Below are positions 55,801-64,000 of a stretch of DNA of 64,000 nucleotides, piece by piece. Position 1 is the stretch's first letter. Each line of letters starts with the position of its first letter. Origin of the DNA: Caldisericia bacterium (GTDB lineage Bacteria; Caldisericota; Caldisericia; JAAYUI01). The stretch lies in the NCBI GenBank assembly GCA_963674785.1, contig OY771555.1, positions 544,001 through 608,000 of the forward strand, written 5' to 3'. Under the pieces are notes generated by a model, which did no database searches, was not told the DNA's origin, and saw nothing but the letters and a program-made list of their open reading frames with translations. The position numbers and the translations under genes are program-made.

Positions 55801-58676
55801 TCATAATATGTGTCGCCAACGTATCCACCTGTAAGTCTTGTAAATCCAGCCTGGACATAAACTTCATCCAGTGTTGTTGGATTAGCAACAACAAAGTCTG
55901 CGGTTCCACCACTGAATGTGTCATAAATAATCTCGCCAATATCATATGTTCCATTTGGAGGAACAACCACGTTCGGATTATTTGGATCAACAACAAAATC
56001 ATCAAAGAACATTGGAAGATGCCACTGTCCCTGAGCAAACTGCTGATAGGTGAATATGTGAAGGTCATTGTTTGCACCAGCAAAGGCATTAACATCGACA
56101 TCACCATCGTTGACGATTGAAGCAGCTGCGTATTCAATAATGGCGCCGTTTCTGACAATTTTCATGTCATTAAGTCTGACATCACCGCGGCTGATTTCAT
56201 AATCATCATCCATGTCAACATAGATTGCTTCACCGCAACCATAATAGATACCGTCGCCTGGAGCACCACCCATTGCGGATGGAAGAGAAGAATCTCTAAA
56301 TCTAATTGGTGGGTCAACAGAGAAGAATGGTGTAAGTTTTCTTCCGACGTCCTTACCGACCATTGAAGCCATGTTGTAACCAGTGGCATAATCATTTGTA
56401 AGGACAACTGAATCTGTGAGGTTTGAGATCATGAACATTGGATCTGTTGCGCCAAGGAACATCTCACCAGTTTTTCCTGGTCTGTAATCGTCAGAAAGGT
56501 TGTTATAAAGAAGTCTTTCAGTATCAGGAAGAAGTTCGTCTTCATTTGTGTAGTGCTGAACACCAAGGTTGTTGTCAATTCCGTTGTCTACAAATATCTC
56601 AACACCCATGTACTGTCTTGATCCAATATAACAATCATGGAATGTTGTTGCAGGAACAGCGAAAGATGTTGGGGTTGGCCCAAGAACTGTTGACTTATTG
56701 ATTGTCTGAGTTCTCTGAACAACCTCACCAACCTGTGAACGAAGAGTTGCACTGCACTGTGCAGGAATCATTCCTTCCCAGAGGTCTGTTTCGACTGAAA
56801 GGTTATAGAAGTCATCATCGTTGCAAACAGCTGTCAATACTTCAGCAAGAACAAGTACATCACCAATCCACATTCCACCAAGAGCATTCTCATTTGTTCC
56901 TGTGTATTCTCTTACTGACCATGGGTGTGAGTTACTGTTTACGTTTGAAAGTCTGAGGTCACCGTATTCAACTGTGTCGCCATCGTTTGAAACTCTACCT
57001 GTTGTTGTGATTGCATAACCTTTTCTGTAGATGTGTTCATATGGGTCATAGATTGTTGAATTTGACTGTCCGACTGTTGCATTTGAAATATTGTCAGCGT
57101 GAAGCTCGTCATCCTCAGTTGGGTTTACACCTGGGTCTGGAACACCAAAGTTGAGGGCTGAGAGGTTAAATCTAATAAGTGGTCTTGGGTCAGGAAGTGG
57201 ATCTGGGTTTCCATCAGCATCAAGAAGATCCATGTTACCGATGTCATAGTCATCGCCTGGATCCCAGAAACCAATGCTGGTACCAGCAACACCACCAAGT
57301 CCTCTATCAATTGGAACTGTTCCTGGTGCATAGTTATATGTGAATCCACCCTGAAGTGATACTCCACCTGATCCTGCAGATGCAACTTTAATATGTACTG
57401 AAACAGGTGTAAGTCTAAGGTCACCATATGGCTCAAAGTCATAAACCACAAATGGGTCGTAACCGATAACCACATTGTCACCGCCAGCAATCTGAGAGTG
57501 TACCCAACCTGCTCTGTAGATCCATTCACCTGGATCATACTTGCCATTGTAGGAAAGGTTTTCTGCGTGCCACTCTTCTCCCCACTGGAGATCATTATCG
57601 TTTGCGTCCACCCAGAATGTTGCATCTGGTCCCTCTGGGTTTCCTGTACCAATACCATCTCTGAATCTGGCAAGTGGCATGTTGAAATCCCAGTCATCCC
57701 ATCTGTGCTGCCAGAAGTCATCTGCTGGAATTCCAAAACTTGAAGCCTGAGTTACCCAGGTCTCAGCTCTGTAACTACCACCAACGACTGTTGGCCAAAG
57801 AGCTCCATCAACTGATGGGTTATATGGATTGTCCTCATTTGAACCTGTAAGGTTAAGTGGGAAGTCTACTCTATCAACCCAACCAATGCGGAAAACTTTT
57901 TTGCCTTCTGAGGTGCTTGCTGGCATGAAGTACATTGGAGTTGAACCGAAACCAGTTCTATCAAATGTGCTACCATTTGTGTCGCCAACATTTGCCTGGA
58001 AGAAATCAATGTAACCTGGGTTTGGATCTCCAGCCTCAGTTGTTGGAAGGAATGGATATGGTCCCTGTGTGTTGTTTGAGCGGATTGGGTCGACGAGTGC
58101 TGATGGGTTTCTTGTGCAATGGTCGAATCTTGAATTGTCGTCCTGAGCATAGAGCATATCCTCTGGATCGGCATAAGCATAGTATCTGCTGTCATGGAAA
58201 TATCCGTCTGGGTCAAACCAGAGGTTTCCGCCAGAGTCGACAACAACAAACCAGTGATCATCTTCAGTTGATCTTCCACCCTCTGGCTTAACTGTGAGAT
58301 AAACCTCACACCAGAAACGTGGCTCAACCGATTCTGCAGCGGATGTTGCTGGGACATTATATAGACTTGTTCTTACACCCAATGGCTGCACAACCGCACC
58401 AGTTACAGGATCATCAGTGCAAGCTGGCATGAGATAACCTTCTCTACCAAATCCGGTGTAGGTTCCGCCAATCTCAAATGTTCGCTCACGATCTGGGTAA
58501 AGCTCCGTTCCAGACCATGAATAGCCAACAGGTGCGAACCTTGTGGCGATGTAAACGGCATTACGACCATCTACTGTAAAGTCATTTTCTGGCTCTTCAG
58601 CAAGTGCCACGCCGAAGCCAGCAAACATGGTCGCAACCATCATAATTGCAATTGCAAAGGTAAGTACTCTCTTCAT
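49818..58676 (-). CDS. Giant (~2,950 aa) secreted acidic surface/S-layer-like protein
   Basis: Signal peptide MKRVLTFAIAIMMVATMFAGFGVALA, RBS AAGGAG, Asp/Tyr/Pro-rich composition, EF-hand-like loops, C-terminal Ig-like domains. Confidence 0.85.
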   Translation of the reverse strand: MKRVLTFAIAIMMVATMFAGFGVALAEEPENDFTVDGRNAVYIATRFAPVGYSWSGTELYPDRERTFEIGGTYTGFGREGYLMPACTDDPVTGAVVQPLGVRTSLYNVPATSAAESVEPRFWCEVYLTVKPEGGRSTEDDHWFVVVDSGGNLWFDPDGYFHDSRYYAYADPEDMLYAQDDNSRFDHCTRNPSALVDPIRSNNTQGPYPFLPTTEAGDPNPGYIDFFQANVGDTNGSTFDRTGFGSTPMYFMPASTSEGKKVFRIGWVDRVDFPLNLTGSNEDNPYNPSVDGALWPTVVGGSYRAETWVTQASSFGIPADDFWQHRWDDWDFNMPLARFRDGIGTGNPEGPDATFWVDANDNDLQWGEEWHAENLSYNGKYDPGEWIYRAGWVHSQIAGGDNVVIGYDPFVVYDFEPYGDLRLTPVSVHIKVASAGSGGVSLQGGFTYNYAPGTVPIDRGLGGVAGTSIGFWDPGDDYDIGNMDLLDADGNPDPLPDPRPLIRFNLSALNFGVPDPGVNPTEDDELHADNISNATVGQSNSTIYDPYEHIYRKGYAITTTGRVSNDGDTVEYGDLRLSNVNSNSHPWSVREYTGTNENALGGMWIGDVLVLAEVLTAVCNDDDFYNLSVETDLWEGMIPAQCSATLRSQVGEVVQRTQTINKSTVLGPTPTSFAVPATTFHDCYIGSRQYMGVEIFVDNGIDNNLGVQHYTNEDELLPDTERLLYNNLSDDYRPGKTGEMFLGATDPMFMISNLTDSVVLTNDYATGYNMASMVGKDVGRKLTPFFSVDPPIRFRDSSLPSAMGGAPGDGIYYGCGEAIYVDMDDDYEISRGDVRLNDMKIVRNGAIIEYAAASIVNDGDVDVNAFAGANNDLHIFTYQQFAQGQWHLPMFFDDFVVDPNNPNVVVPPNGTYDIGEIIYDTFSGGTADFVVANPTTLDEVYVQAGFTRLTGGYVGDTYYECGSIVPSFDFWAFPSTPYGITAGLNCDHRFLDWEVIPGNINLNVELNKPLKVEQTSDITISVDPPPKAGHWRDLGDHRVWIPDEKIYVMVRENVGVDYGSTADASLNLYSAYRVLTPNAPEATFTLTPYRGSCNPTPGVLGVDTEAQYRVQAFKMNPEINTFAGRTGRTNVRVVPPDQHPGYYDPTADNPYLYRQETRHYYRDMWWSGDWYRVINDRDPLWKHWNKSQREYGYRVPGMSLPDESKWYRDLMPSPPFPAILSDHYDCYGESYAAVAPEELEIEASVACITTLDQRFPNVQLKLRNMDNPNDVNDPYNIPFSVPENTDWTFQTGEQPLVAVYNAHGGGIDWLGVAQLANPSVWHEKIIFQANEDGTYNYWYWYEPDNTDPALGPQVYNAIDPNDWIVGEQWADFSDDCPIGLNREAIKVDDRSTWTDSDCSAQRYYANCDIYMPEGMKPIGDVTGYYNGSTQSDHYGLFDGGFGWILSYGVPTYVTPYGEITESDEGGECLITLLPNDGSTHVKIHVYLTNAIFDYNSTAAHPFTGGAYFRFDNSLGVEATNPNIFSFGKTVNGIDYAGFIDLKVYQADPYVNFAEWLIVDKALQYSNVNYTAGPSSNPPLSPLQPPAPQIQVPYWPILRTSHGGFRCYPGGQTHTGRVDGANFNQNGGAFGWNAYPAIWSETTQRDTKAEKFFKLGTEFFPLTDYGLYFILKDGEGNHLSFTSDDIEKQLKQIVIEGPFARPKIVDVLTNTVENKYCYNGLRNVPIQYDFSGKIVIDETNWSQFEHNPGGDFLNWSALGNVDFGSNENIYMKRTKRLNYCSLDNVFVVDELIPWNYGKILIYVTLMDGTFKMYQDCCTSPPVDGIDVRALEIQQINGPDSSVEDNTYDYVEYLTLDQDNHLAFTLKEHEEIQVESYCNDAVMFCWQDRGIKDIADPDGRLRVGAGDGWITASPTSSRAENYSTQFRPDQDYNDDGYISFNDFETEILGTYDMAANTWISGIIDARTFQRNGGRYDFELTEAAGAVVDEVGIDFGGEVGECDEPDHIISDNETFPVYVTAYKYGDDNNDRSFSPWWDFDPYYSTTDDQNEYDRTRYSHEVYLAGQIAVPIEPFDDLIVTYVPNPLTSGITPELVDVNTPLTFIVKDEDGNPVNLLEGIVDQYGEVAVDEDDVWNFLFKDPHPDNTYYYGQEAKLPQYYFLRTDLHNYDSTKENNRELYSARARSEDNDCTETITHAFEPIEFSADGEAGRYYFKGFCANDSNVWLKDEDHPDRDAWEDDHKMRVFVYTPDRRHRGYVDVKIENPRVEYEIVNYDDPNSQVFTVPGQPDFLMTAADNRIYKVTATVYNAQGVLVKGVSKGVSVCGGGVKNTARFTPFTTRPSSFDFMQESCDDVPCAQVIYPHFAFDFNANEQPEWQNKEIYSAGSFHLSPITNTCWNRQAVGEVFYNTINEFYTYDHTWKIINEGTTGMSVEWVNLMLPPPGNMGWGLGAIYNNPYWGGFLFTDIDQDGKLDYHDSLALDVNAQTSFYVFAEDCYYVGGLVGQNQYCNVPAEGDLVGYPPYTDKTNPRYTWKRFRGGVTNDTTFYLDWEGIPLTVAPVSYPRVELFDAETGLELTKDLLNVDNYDMVYRSPNHVIAKIYPATRDDVQLRDNGKLFVSGSIEEQVAYGVTTANDDDVQQTTFHVTPDGDGQSVVYLSYMQKNMYYVPDINCCDDMDIKFISPEYYVLKNIYHVDSAKGLDVVVVSSDLAPMTETELTIVVTELGAGLPVAEATVYIEGPGIEATPKTTNAKGEAKIVVMPNESGRIFINVEHEEYIPGKTWIGIGTDTVPPILEVDPAPEFTNEPSLEVTGKTDPGAKVTVNGVSAKVESSGRFSAKIALAEGENAIYVVAVDAGGNRVSHTMATTLDTTKPTFIIDDEKDGVLMVPADETEVIITGRVEQFSTVTANGAPAKCPYDKWEVKVNMNANLDTLKVMFEFVDQAGNKATYEVTLTREQ

Positions 58677-59010
58677 GTACCCTTTCTCCTTTCGAGGTGC
58701 ATTTGGTCTCGAAGAACACATATCAAAACGAATGGTTCTACGACCCACCAAACGCTAGTATCTAGCAATGTCACCAGACCAAACCTCTTCATCGCTTGTT
58801 CCTGCTAAACGAATCTCTCAAATTATAAATAGCCCAAAATTACGGCTCAGACTTGATTCGACTCAAGTCATCCGAAACAGGGCAGAATAAAACTGTGCGC
58901 GTAAAAGAACCACGCTACACGCAACCACACTCCCTTTATGCAATTACTGTGCCATGGAATGAATGTTGCTTCCGCTCAAGGTTTTGTAGACATGTTTCTT
59001 TCATCCACTA

Positions 59011-59038
59011 ACTATAGCAAATAGATAAATGATGTCAA
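59011..59038 (-). promoter_or_regulatory. Promoter TTGACA-N16-TATAGT (extended -10) for the giant gene
   Basis: About 330 nt upstream of ATG 58676. Confidence 0.6.
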
Positions 59039-59114
59039 TATTGGGTCAACTGCACACGTGATGGAATAATATTTCACATACTACAAAAAATATATACAGA
59101 TATGTTACCTCATA

Positions 59115-59142
59115 TTGACATTTTCACGACTCAACCTAGAAT
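59115..59142 (+). promoter_or_regulatory. Promoter TTGACA-N16-TAGAAT for serS
   Basis: 20 nt upstream of ATG 59163, with RBS GAGGT in between. Confidence 0.7.
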
Positions 59143-59162
59143 GCACTCACAGCGAGGTAAAC

Positions 59163-60437
59163 ATGATAGATATAAAAAAATGGCGTGAGGATATAACAGG
59201 TCTAAGAAGTGCGATGGAATCAAGAGGACTCGACTCTTCTCCCGCAGATAGAATTGTAGAGCTAGACAAAAGAAGAAGAGATATACTTGTTCAAGTTGAG
59301 GATCTCAGATCAAAGAGAAACACTGTTTCAAAAAAGATCGGTGAGTTGATGAAAAAGGGTGAACCGGTTGATGAGATCAAAGCTGAAACAAAAAAGATTG
59401 GTGAAGATATAAAAGAGTTTGATGCAGAATTATCTGGAATCGAAGATGAACTCAATATCATCGCACTTTCAATACCCAATGTTCCGATGGAAGATGTTCC
59501 GCATGGATTATCTGAGGATGACAATGTAATCATAAAAACAGTTGGGGAGCCAAAAAAATTCACCTTCACACCAAAACCACACTGGGAGATCGGAACCGAT
59601 CTAGATATATTAGACAATGAACGTGCCGTGAAACTATCTGGTGCAAGGTTCAACATGTTCAAAGGTGATCTTGCAAAACTTCAGCGTTCTCTCATCTCAT
59701 ACATGATTGACACACATATAAAAAATGGATTTCAAGAAGTTTTTGCTCCAGTAATAGTTAATGCAGAAACAGCACTCGGAACAGGTCAACTTCCAAAATT
59801 TGCAGGCGATATGTACAAAATTGAGGGCGAAGATCAGTTTTTAATTTCAACAAATGAGATAACGCTCGTAAACTACCATTCAAATGAGACGATTCTCGCA
59901 GAAAGTCTTCCCGCAAGATACACAGGATACGCTCTCTGTTTCAGAAAGGAAGCGGGAGCCGCAGGAAGAGATACACGAGGACTCATAAGGGTTCATCAGT
60001 TTGAGAAGGTTGAAATGGTAAGCTTCTGCAAACCTGAGGATTCGGATTCAGAATTGAATGCACTAACTGAATATGCAGGGTTTCTACTTGAATCTCTTGG
60101 TTTGCCCTATCGAGTGTCACTTATGTGCACAGGTGATATGTCAGGATTTTCAGCAGCAAAATCATTTGACCTCGAAATGTGGTTACCAAGCTATGAAAAA
60201 TATGTTGAGGTCTCATCATGCAGCAACTGTACAGATTTCCAGGCGAGACGTGCAAGTATCAAATACAAAGAGACACAGGGAAAAAAATCAGAGTTTGTCC
60301 ATACACTTAATGGATCAGGTTTGGCAATTGGTAGAACAATGGCAGGCATTCTTGAAAATCACCAACTTGAGGATGGAACGGTCGCTGTACCAGAGGTTTT
60401 GGTTCCATATATGGGCAAAGAGGTTATCGGACAGTAG
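59163..60437 (+). CDS. serS: Serine--tRNA ligase
   Basis: N-terminal coiled arm, GTGQLPKF, CFRKEAGAAGRDTRGLIRVHQFEKVE, EVSSCSNCTDFQARR, HTLNGSGLAIGR. Confidence 0.98.
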   Translation: MIDIKKWREDITGLRSAMESRGLDSSPADRIVELDKRRRDILVQVEDLRSKRNTVSKKIGELMKKGEPVDEIKAETKKIGEDIKEFDAELSGIEDELNIIALSIPNVPMEDVPHGLSEDDNVIIKTVGEPKKFTFTPKPHWEIGTDLDILDNERAVKLSGARFNMFKGDLAKLQRSLISYMIDTHIKNGFQEVFAPVIVNAETALGTGQLPKFAGDMYKIEGEDQFLISTNEITLVNYHSNETILAESLPARYTGYALCFRKEAGAAGRDTRGLIRVHQFEKVEMVSFCKPEDSDSELNALTEYAGFLLESLGLPYRVSLMCTGDMSGFSAAKSFDLEMWLPSYEKYVEVSSCSNCTDFQARRASIKYKETQGKKSEFVHTLNGSGLAIGRTMAGILENHQLEDGTVAVPEVLVPYMGKEVIGQ

Positions 60438-60459
60438 AGGTTTAAGTTTCACAATCAAT

Positions 60460-60489
60460 AAAAAGGCACCGAAAATTGGTGCCTTTTTT
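60460..60489. terminator. Bidirectional terminator between serS and the kinase gene
   Basis: AAAAAGGCACCGA-AAA-TTGGTGCCTTTTTT. Confidence 0.85.
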
Positions 60490-60527
60490 AATATCAGAGA
60501 TAACCAAACAACTACTTATATATAATG

Positions 60528-62672
60528 CTAACTCCTAACAAGTGGGAAGGTCAGATAGAATGTTGCCCCTCCAAGCTCTCCTGGAGATGAGAGCCAGATA
60601 CTTCCCCCGATTGATTCGATATAGTTTTTAGAGAGATAAAGCCCCAATCCAGAACCACTCTCTTTGCTTGAAGCTCTTCCATATTTTGTAAAAATCTTTG
60701 TCTGGTCGCTTCGAGAAACGCCAGGCCCATCATCTGATACCGTAACTCTTACAAATCTTTCATTTAAAGCCTCAGATTTTAAAATCACAAGTCCGTCCTT
60801 ACCAGTGAATTTTGATGCATTTCCTAAAACATTGATCATTATCTGCTCAAGATTAGTTTTGTTTGCCATCACATCGAGTCTTTCATCAGTTAACTCGGTT
60901 CTAAATTCAATTTGAGTATTAAAGAAAATTGGTTTCATAAGGTTGGCAATATCTGATAAAAACTTCGAAATGTCGATATTTGTTTTCTTCGGGTCATCAA
61001 CTCCTGAATTGAGCATGGACGTATACCCGGTCAATTCCTCAATCAATCTATTCATAAGATCGGCAGATTTCTTTATTGAATCGATGGACTCCTTTTTTTC
61101 ATCCTCAGAAAGAATATCCATCTGTAAAAGCTCTGAAAAACCGATTATTGAAGTAAGAGGGGTTCTCAAGTCATGATTCACAGCTTCTAAAATATCCGAT
61201 CTGAATTGATTCAATTTCTCCAATCTCTTTGTTTTATGTTGAAGTTCAATACGGTTTTTCATCTCTCGAAGACCTATCTCAACAACTTTTTTTATATCTG
61301 AAACACTGAGTGCGATATCAGACTTCAGAGACTCAAATTGCAAATAAATCGCGTATAAGTCATGATAATCAAGAATAATTGGAATGATCATATCAGTCTC
61401 AAAATCACCAGATGAACTCGTAACCTTTATCTCATCAGACTCGCATGACTTTGCAAGAAGGTCAAACCGCAGATCATCAAGGTCATCATCTTGATGCTGA
61501 TTTTTGTTTGACCACACAATTTCGGGTTTTCCATCAACAATCTGAGCCAAATAAACATTTTTAGCAAAAAGCCCATGTGCAATATCTCCTGCAACAAGAA
61601 TCAGGGCTGAAAAGACATCAGTTGAGTGAACAAGATAACTCAATATAAGATTATAAAGACTCAAAATACGTTGATCAGATTCAAGTTCTTCGATTGCTTT
61701 TATGTATTCAGTAATCTTGATAGCAAATAAAACAACGGCAGGGGCATTATCAAGAGTGATTGTGTACCCCTGAACAGCAAAATCATCAACTTTAAAGTCT
61801 TTGTCTTTGATCTTGACCTTGTGATCAAACATCAGACCTTTACTTGTAGATACACTGTTTATGAGTTCTGTAATCCAGTTTTGATCATCCTTATCTGGAA
61901 ACACTGCCTCAATGTCGCTCGAAAAGCCAGAACCAAGAGCCAGTTGATTAATATTTGTTGTTGGGTTTGTGTAAACAATTCCATCCTTTGAGATAATAAG
62001 TGAGGACACGAGTTTCTCATCTAAACACTTAAAAATCCCATGACCATCAGGTGAGCTTTCAAACGAGTGGTGTATATCTATTCCTGTTACAAGAAAAAAT
62101 GGACTCCCATCAGCAGAATACTTCGTAACAGTCCACTTAATTGTACTCCCCTCACAAGGGCCAGAAGGAACAAGTGTGGTAAAGCTTTTAAGCTCGAAAA
62201 ACATGTTTTTTATTGAAGAACCTGTGAGTTCGACATTTTTTAGTGTATCAATGAGTCTGTCCCAACCATCTTTTATAAGAAATTCATTATCGGAAGCGTT
62301 AATAAGTCTTCTAAGTTTCTTTGTGCTCATCAGAAAGTCGCCATCATTTGAGGCAAAAAATGCGTACAAATCGACATCTCCAATAACATTACTTAAAAGA
62401 TGAACGTTATCATAAGGAGACGAAAAAATATAAAATGTTTTACCATCGATATCGATCTTTTTTGATAACTTAAGAGGCAAACCAGAGACATCTAGATACG
62501 GTTCAGAATTGGAACCAGCTTTAAGGTTGGAGAAAATATTAACTGCATCACTACCCAAAAGGGAATAACCAAAAAGACCATCCGAATAGTCATTTGAAAA
62601 GAATACTTTTCCATTCTCATCAACACCAATAATCGGTTTATCAATCTGTAGCAACAACTCTTTCCAGTTCAA
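60528..62672 (-). CDS. Cytoplasmic sensor histidine kinase (PAS/GAF-like inputs, HisKA, HATPase)
   Basis: NHDLRTPLTSIIGFSELL, NVLGNASKFT, VSDDGPG, GSGLGL. Confidence 0.92.
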   Translation of the reverse strand: MNWKELLLQIDKPIIGVDENGKVFFSNDYSDGLFGYSLLGSDAVNIFSNLKAGSNSEPYLDVSGLPLKLSKKIDIDGKTFYIFSSPYDNVHLLSNVIGDVDLYAFFASNDGDFLMSTKKLRRLINASDNEFLIKDGWDRLIDTLKNVELTGSSIKNMFFELKSFTTLVPSGPCEGSTIKWTVTKYSADGSPFFLVTGIDIHHSFESSPDGHGIFKCLDEKLVSSLIISKDGIVYTNPTTNINQLALGSGFSSDIEAVFPDKDDQNWITELINSVSTSKGLMFDHKVKIKDKDFKVDDFAVQGYTITLDNAPAVVLFAIKITEYIKAIEELESDQRILSLYNLILSYLVHSTDVFSALILVAGDIAHGLFAKNVYLAQIVDGKPEIVWSNKNQHQDDDLDDLRFDLLAKSCESDEIKVTSSSGDFETDMIIPIILDYHDLYAIYLQFESLKSDIALSVSDIKKVVEIGLREMKNRIELQHKTKRLEKLNQFRSDILEAVNHDLRTPLTSIIGFSELLQMDILSEDEKKESIDSIKKSADLMNRLIEELTGYTSMLNSGVDDPKKTNIDISKFLSDIANLMKPIFFNTQIEFRTELTDERLDVMANKTNLEQIMINVLGNASKFTGKDGLVILKSEALNERFVRVTVSDDGPGVSRSDQTKIFTKYGRASSKESGSGLGLYLSKNYIESIGGSIWLSSPGELGGATFYLTFPLVRS

Positions 62673-62750
62673 AAATCACCTCGAACACTAAGAATAATGT
62701 GAAATAAACGGGTCTTCAACATATAAAAATGAAATCAACAGTAAGAAATA

Positions 62751-62781
62751 AAAAAACAGGACACTTATGGTGTCCTGTTTT
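62751..62781 (-). terminator. Rho-independent terminator
   Basis: AAACAGGACAC-loop-GTGTCCTGTTTTTTT. Confidence 0.8.
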
Positions 62782-62810
62782 GGAGTGTCATATAGATAAA
62801 ACCAAGATAA

Positions 62811-63350
62811 CTACTCTTTTATCTCTGCAGAATTTAATATCTCCTGAACCTGCTCCATATATGCCATCATCGTCTTTGAACTTCCAACGATACTGATATG
62901 AAGCAATGTATCATCAGAAATCATGACCCTTAGGAGTCCCATAGCCACACCTTCATAATCAGAATGTCTTCCTGAAACAGAAACTCTTCTGTCATGAACA
63001 CCAAATTGGAGATTGTCATCTTTTGTGCTGTTTGTAATCTTTTCAAACTCATCCTGAAATGCAGTTTGTGCAGCTTCAAAATAATCATCCAAATCCTGTT
63101 CTAAGGCAAAAGGATGAAATCCGGAAACCATGACATCAACTCTTCCATTTTCGTCTTCAAGCTCAAGGGTTAAAAACTCGGAATCAGATGAGATAACGGA
63201 AAAAACGTCGGAGTCATAGGATAATTTGAAACCTTCATTATCCCATAATGTTGACATATCACCACAAGAAACAAATGTGAAGCCGACAATGATAAGAAAT
63301 AATAAACCCCACACCAAAAAGTGTGGGGTTTTATTTGAATACCTAAACAT
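62811..63350 (-). CDS. Lipoprotein, PsbP/DcrB-like fold (tentative)
   Basis: Lipobox FVSC, GFKLSY, C-terminal EILNSAEIK. Confidence 0.6.
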   Translation of the reverse strand: MFRYSNKTPHFLVWGLLFLIIVGFTFVSCGDMSTLWDNEGFKLSYDSDVFSVISSDSEFLTLELEDENGRVDVMVSGFHPFALEQDLDDYFEAAQTAFQDEFEKITNSTKDDNLQFGVHDRRVSVSGRHSDYEGVAMGLLRVMISDDTLLHISIVGSSKTMMAYMEQVQEILNSAEIKE

Positions 63351-63364
63351 AATTACTCAAACAA

Positions 63365-64000
63365 TTATGACATTGGCTGGGTTACCATGACTTCCTGGAA
63401 CATATAGTCAAGGTTTCCGTTTTCCCAAGCATCATTGAATACTTCTTCTTCGGCCTCTGCTGAAAGACAGATTCCGAATCCTGGTCCAAATTCTGTTTCG
63501 CTGATTCTGTTTCCGCGGATTGCATAGAACATCTTGCGTCCCATCATGCCATCTTTTTTATATGTCACCCAGAAACCTGTTGCCATTGATTCAGTATGTT
63601 TGAATTTACCTGTTTCAATAACTTCACCATCGACATAATCAGTAAGTTTATCTTCAAAGTAGTCAATATCATTCCATCCAAGTCCTTCAATCTCTTCATA
63701 TTTAACAACAAACTGAAGTTCTGGATTTTTTTCATACTCGAAAGTCTGAACGATTTCTGCATCCCAAGTCTCTTGAGTTCTTGGAACTTCTTTCCAACCC
63801 TCAAACATATTTCCAGTTACGTCGAGACCTTTGACCTCATAACATGTCCAGAACATTCTTGGGTGTGGTGGAACCTTAAGTTCGCCAACAAGTTCTTTTT
63901 CTTTAACAGGAGTAAGTGTGTTTTCTCTGTCACCAGGATCATTTGTTACAACAATACCCTCATTTGGATTCTTTTCTCCCCAGTCAACAACGGGCTGCCC
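63365..64000 (-). CDS. Partial (5'-truncated) hypothetical protein
   Basis: The frame of ORF 63365..63856 is open to the window edge (GQPVVDWGEKNPNEG...). Confidence 0.7.
   Translation of the reverse strand, partial: GQPVVDWGEKNPNEGIVVTNDPGDRENTLTPVKEKELVGELKVPPHPRMFWTCYEVKGLDVTGNMFEGWKEVPRTQETWDAEIVQTFEYEKNPELQFVVKYEEIEGLGWNDIDYFEDKLTDYVDGEVIETGKFKHTESMATGFWVTYKKDGMMGRKMFYAIRGNRISETEFGPGFGICLSAEAEEEVFNDAWENGNLDYMFQEVMVTQPMS

Noticed and set aside
49831-58357. Numerous overlapping and antisense ORFs within the giant gene and other long genes
   Set aside because: Shadow ORFs expected from codon bias, with no independent signals.
59040-59162. T-box leader for serS
   Set aside because: The promoter lies only ~20 nt from the start codon, and there is no T-box motif or leader terminator.
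1-64000. tRNA, rRNA or IS transposase genes
   Set aside because: None recognised by eye. tRNAscan-SE, Rfam and ISEScan would be needed to exclude them formally.

Overview
Bacterial chromosomal window, moderately AT-rich. The stalk/copper-amine-oxidase-N proteins and a ~2,950-aa surface protein suggest a Caldisericota-like anaerobe (inference only). Host genes include tldD/pmbA, an ABC-2 exporter, a nucleotide-sugar dehydrogenase, ispD, PIN/TRAM, serS, a histidine kinase, several envelope beta-propeller proteins and lipoproteins, an AAA_21+RloB pair, an AAA_14/DUF4143 gene and a Fic gene. The main feature is a ~20-kb minus-strand virion-assembly cluster (23.4-43.3 kb): terminase, PBSX-type portal/protease/capsid, Mu-like neck, non-contractile tail tube, G/GT frameshifted chaperone, tape measure, tail tip and lysis-like genes. 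It lies wholly inside the window, and I see no integrase, replication, repressor or small terminase gene. It starts at a host-type promoter, carries host REP doublets only between genes, and is split by a host menA gene with its own terminator. The best reading is a domesticated gene-transfer-agent/PBSX-like particle system. Other notable signals are one ~70-aa domain grafted into three virion proteins, a probable ATT start for the prohead protease, a ~147-bp REP-doublet family, and a recurrent 16-bp -35/-10 promoter spacing. All family assignments come from motif recognition by eye, not from database searches.
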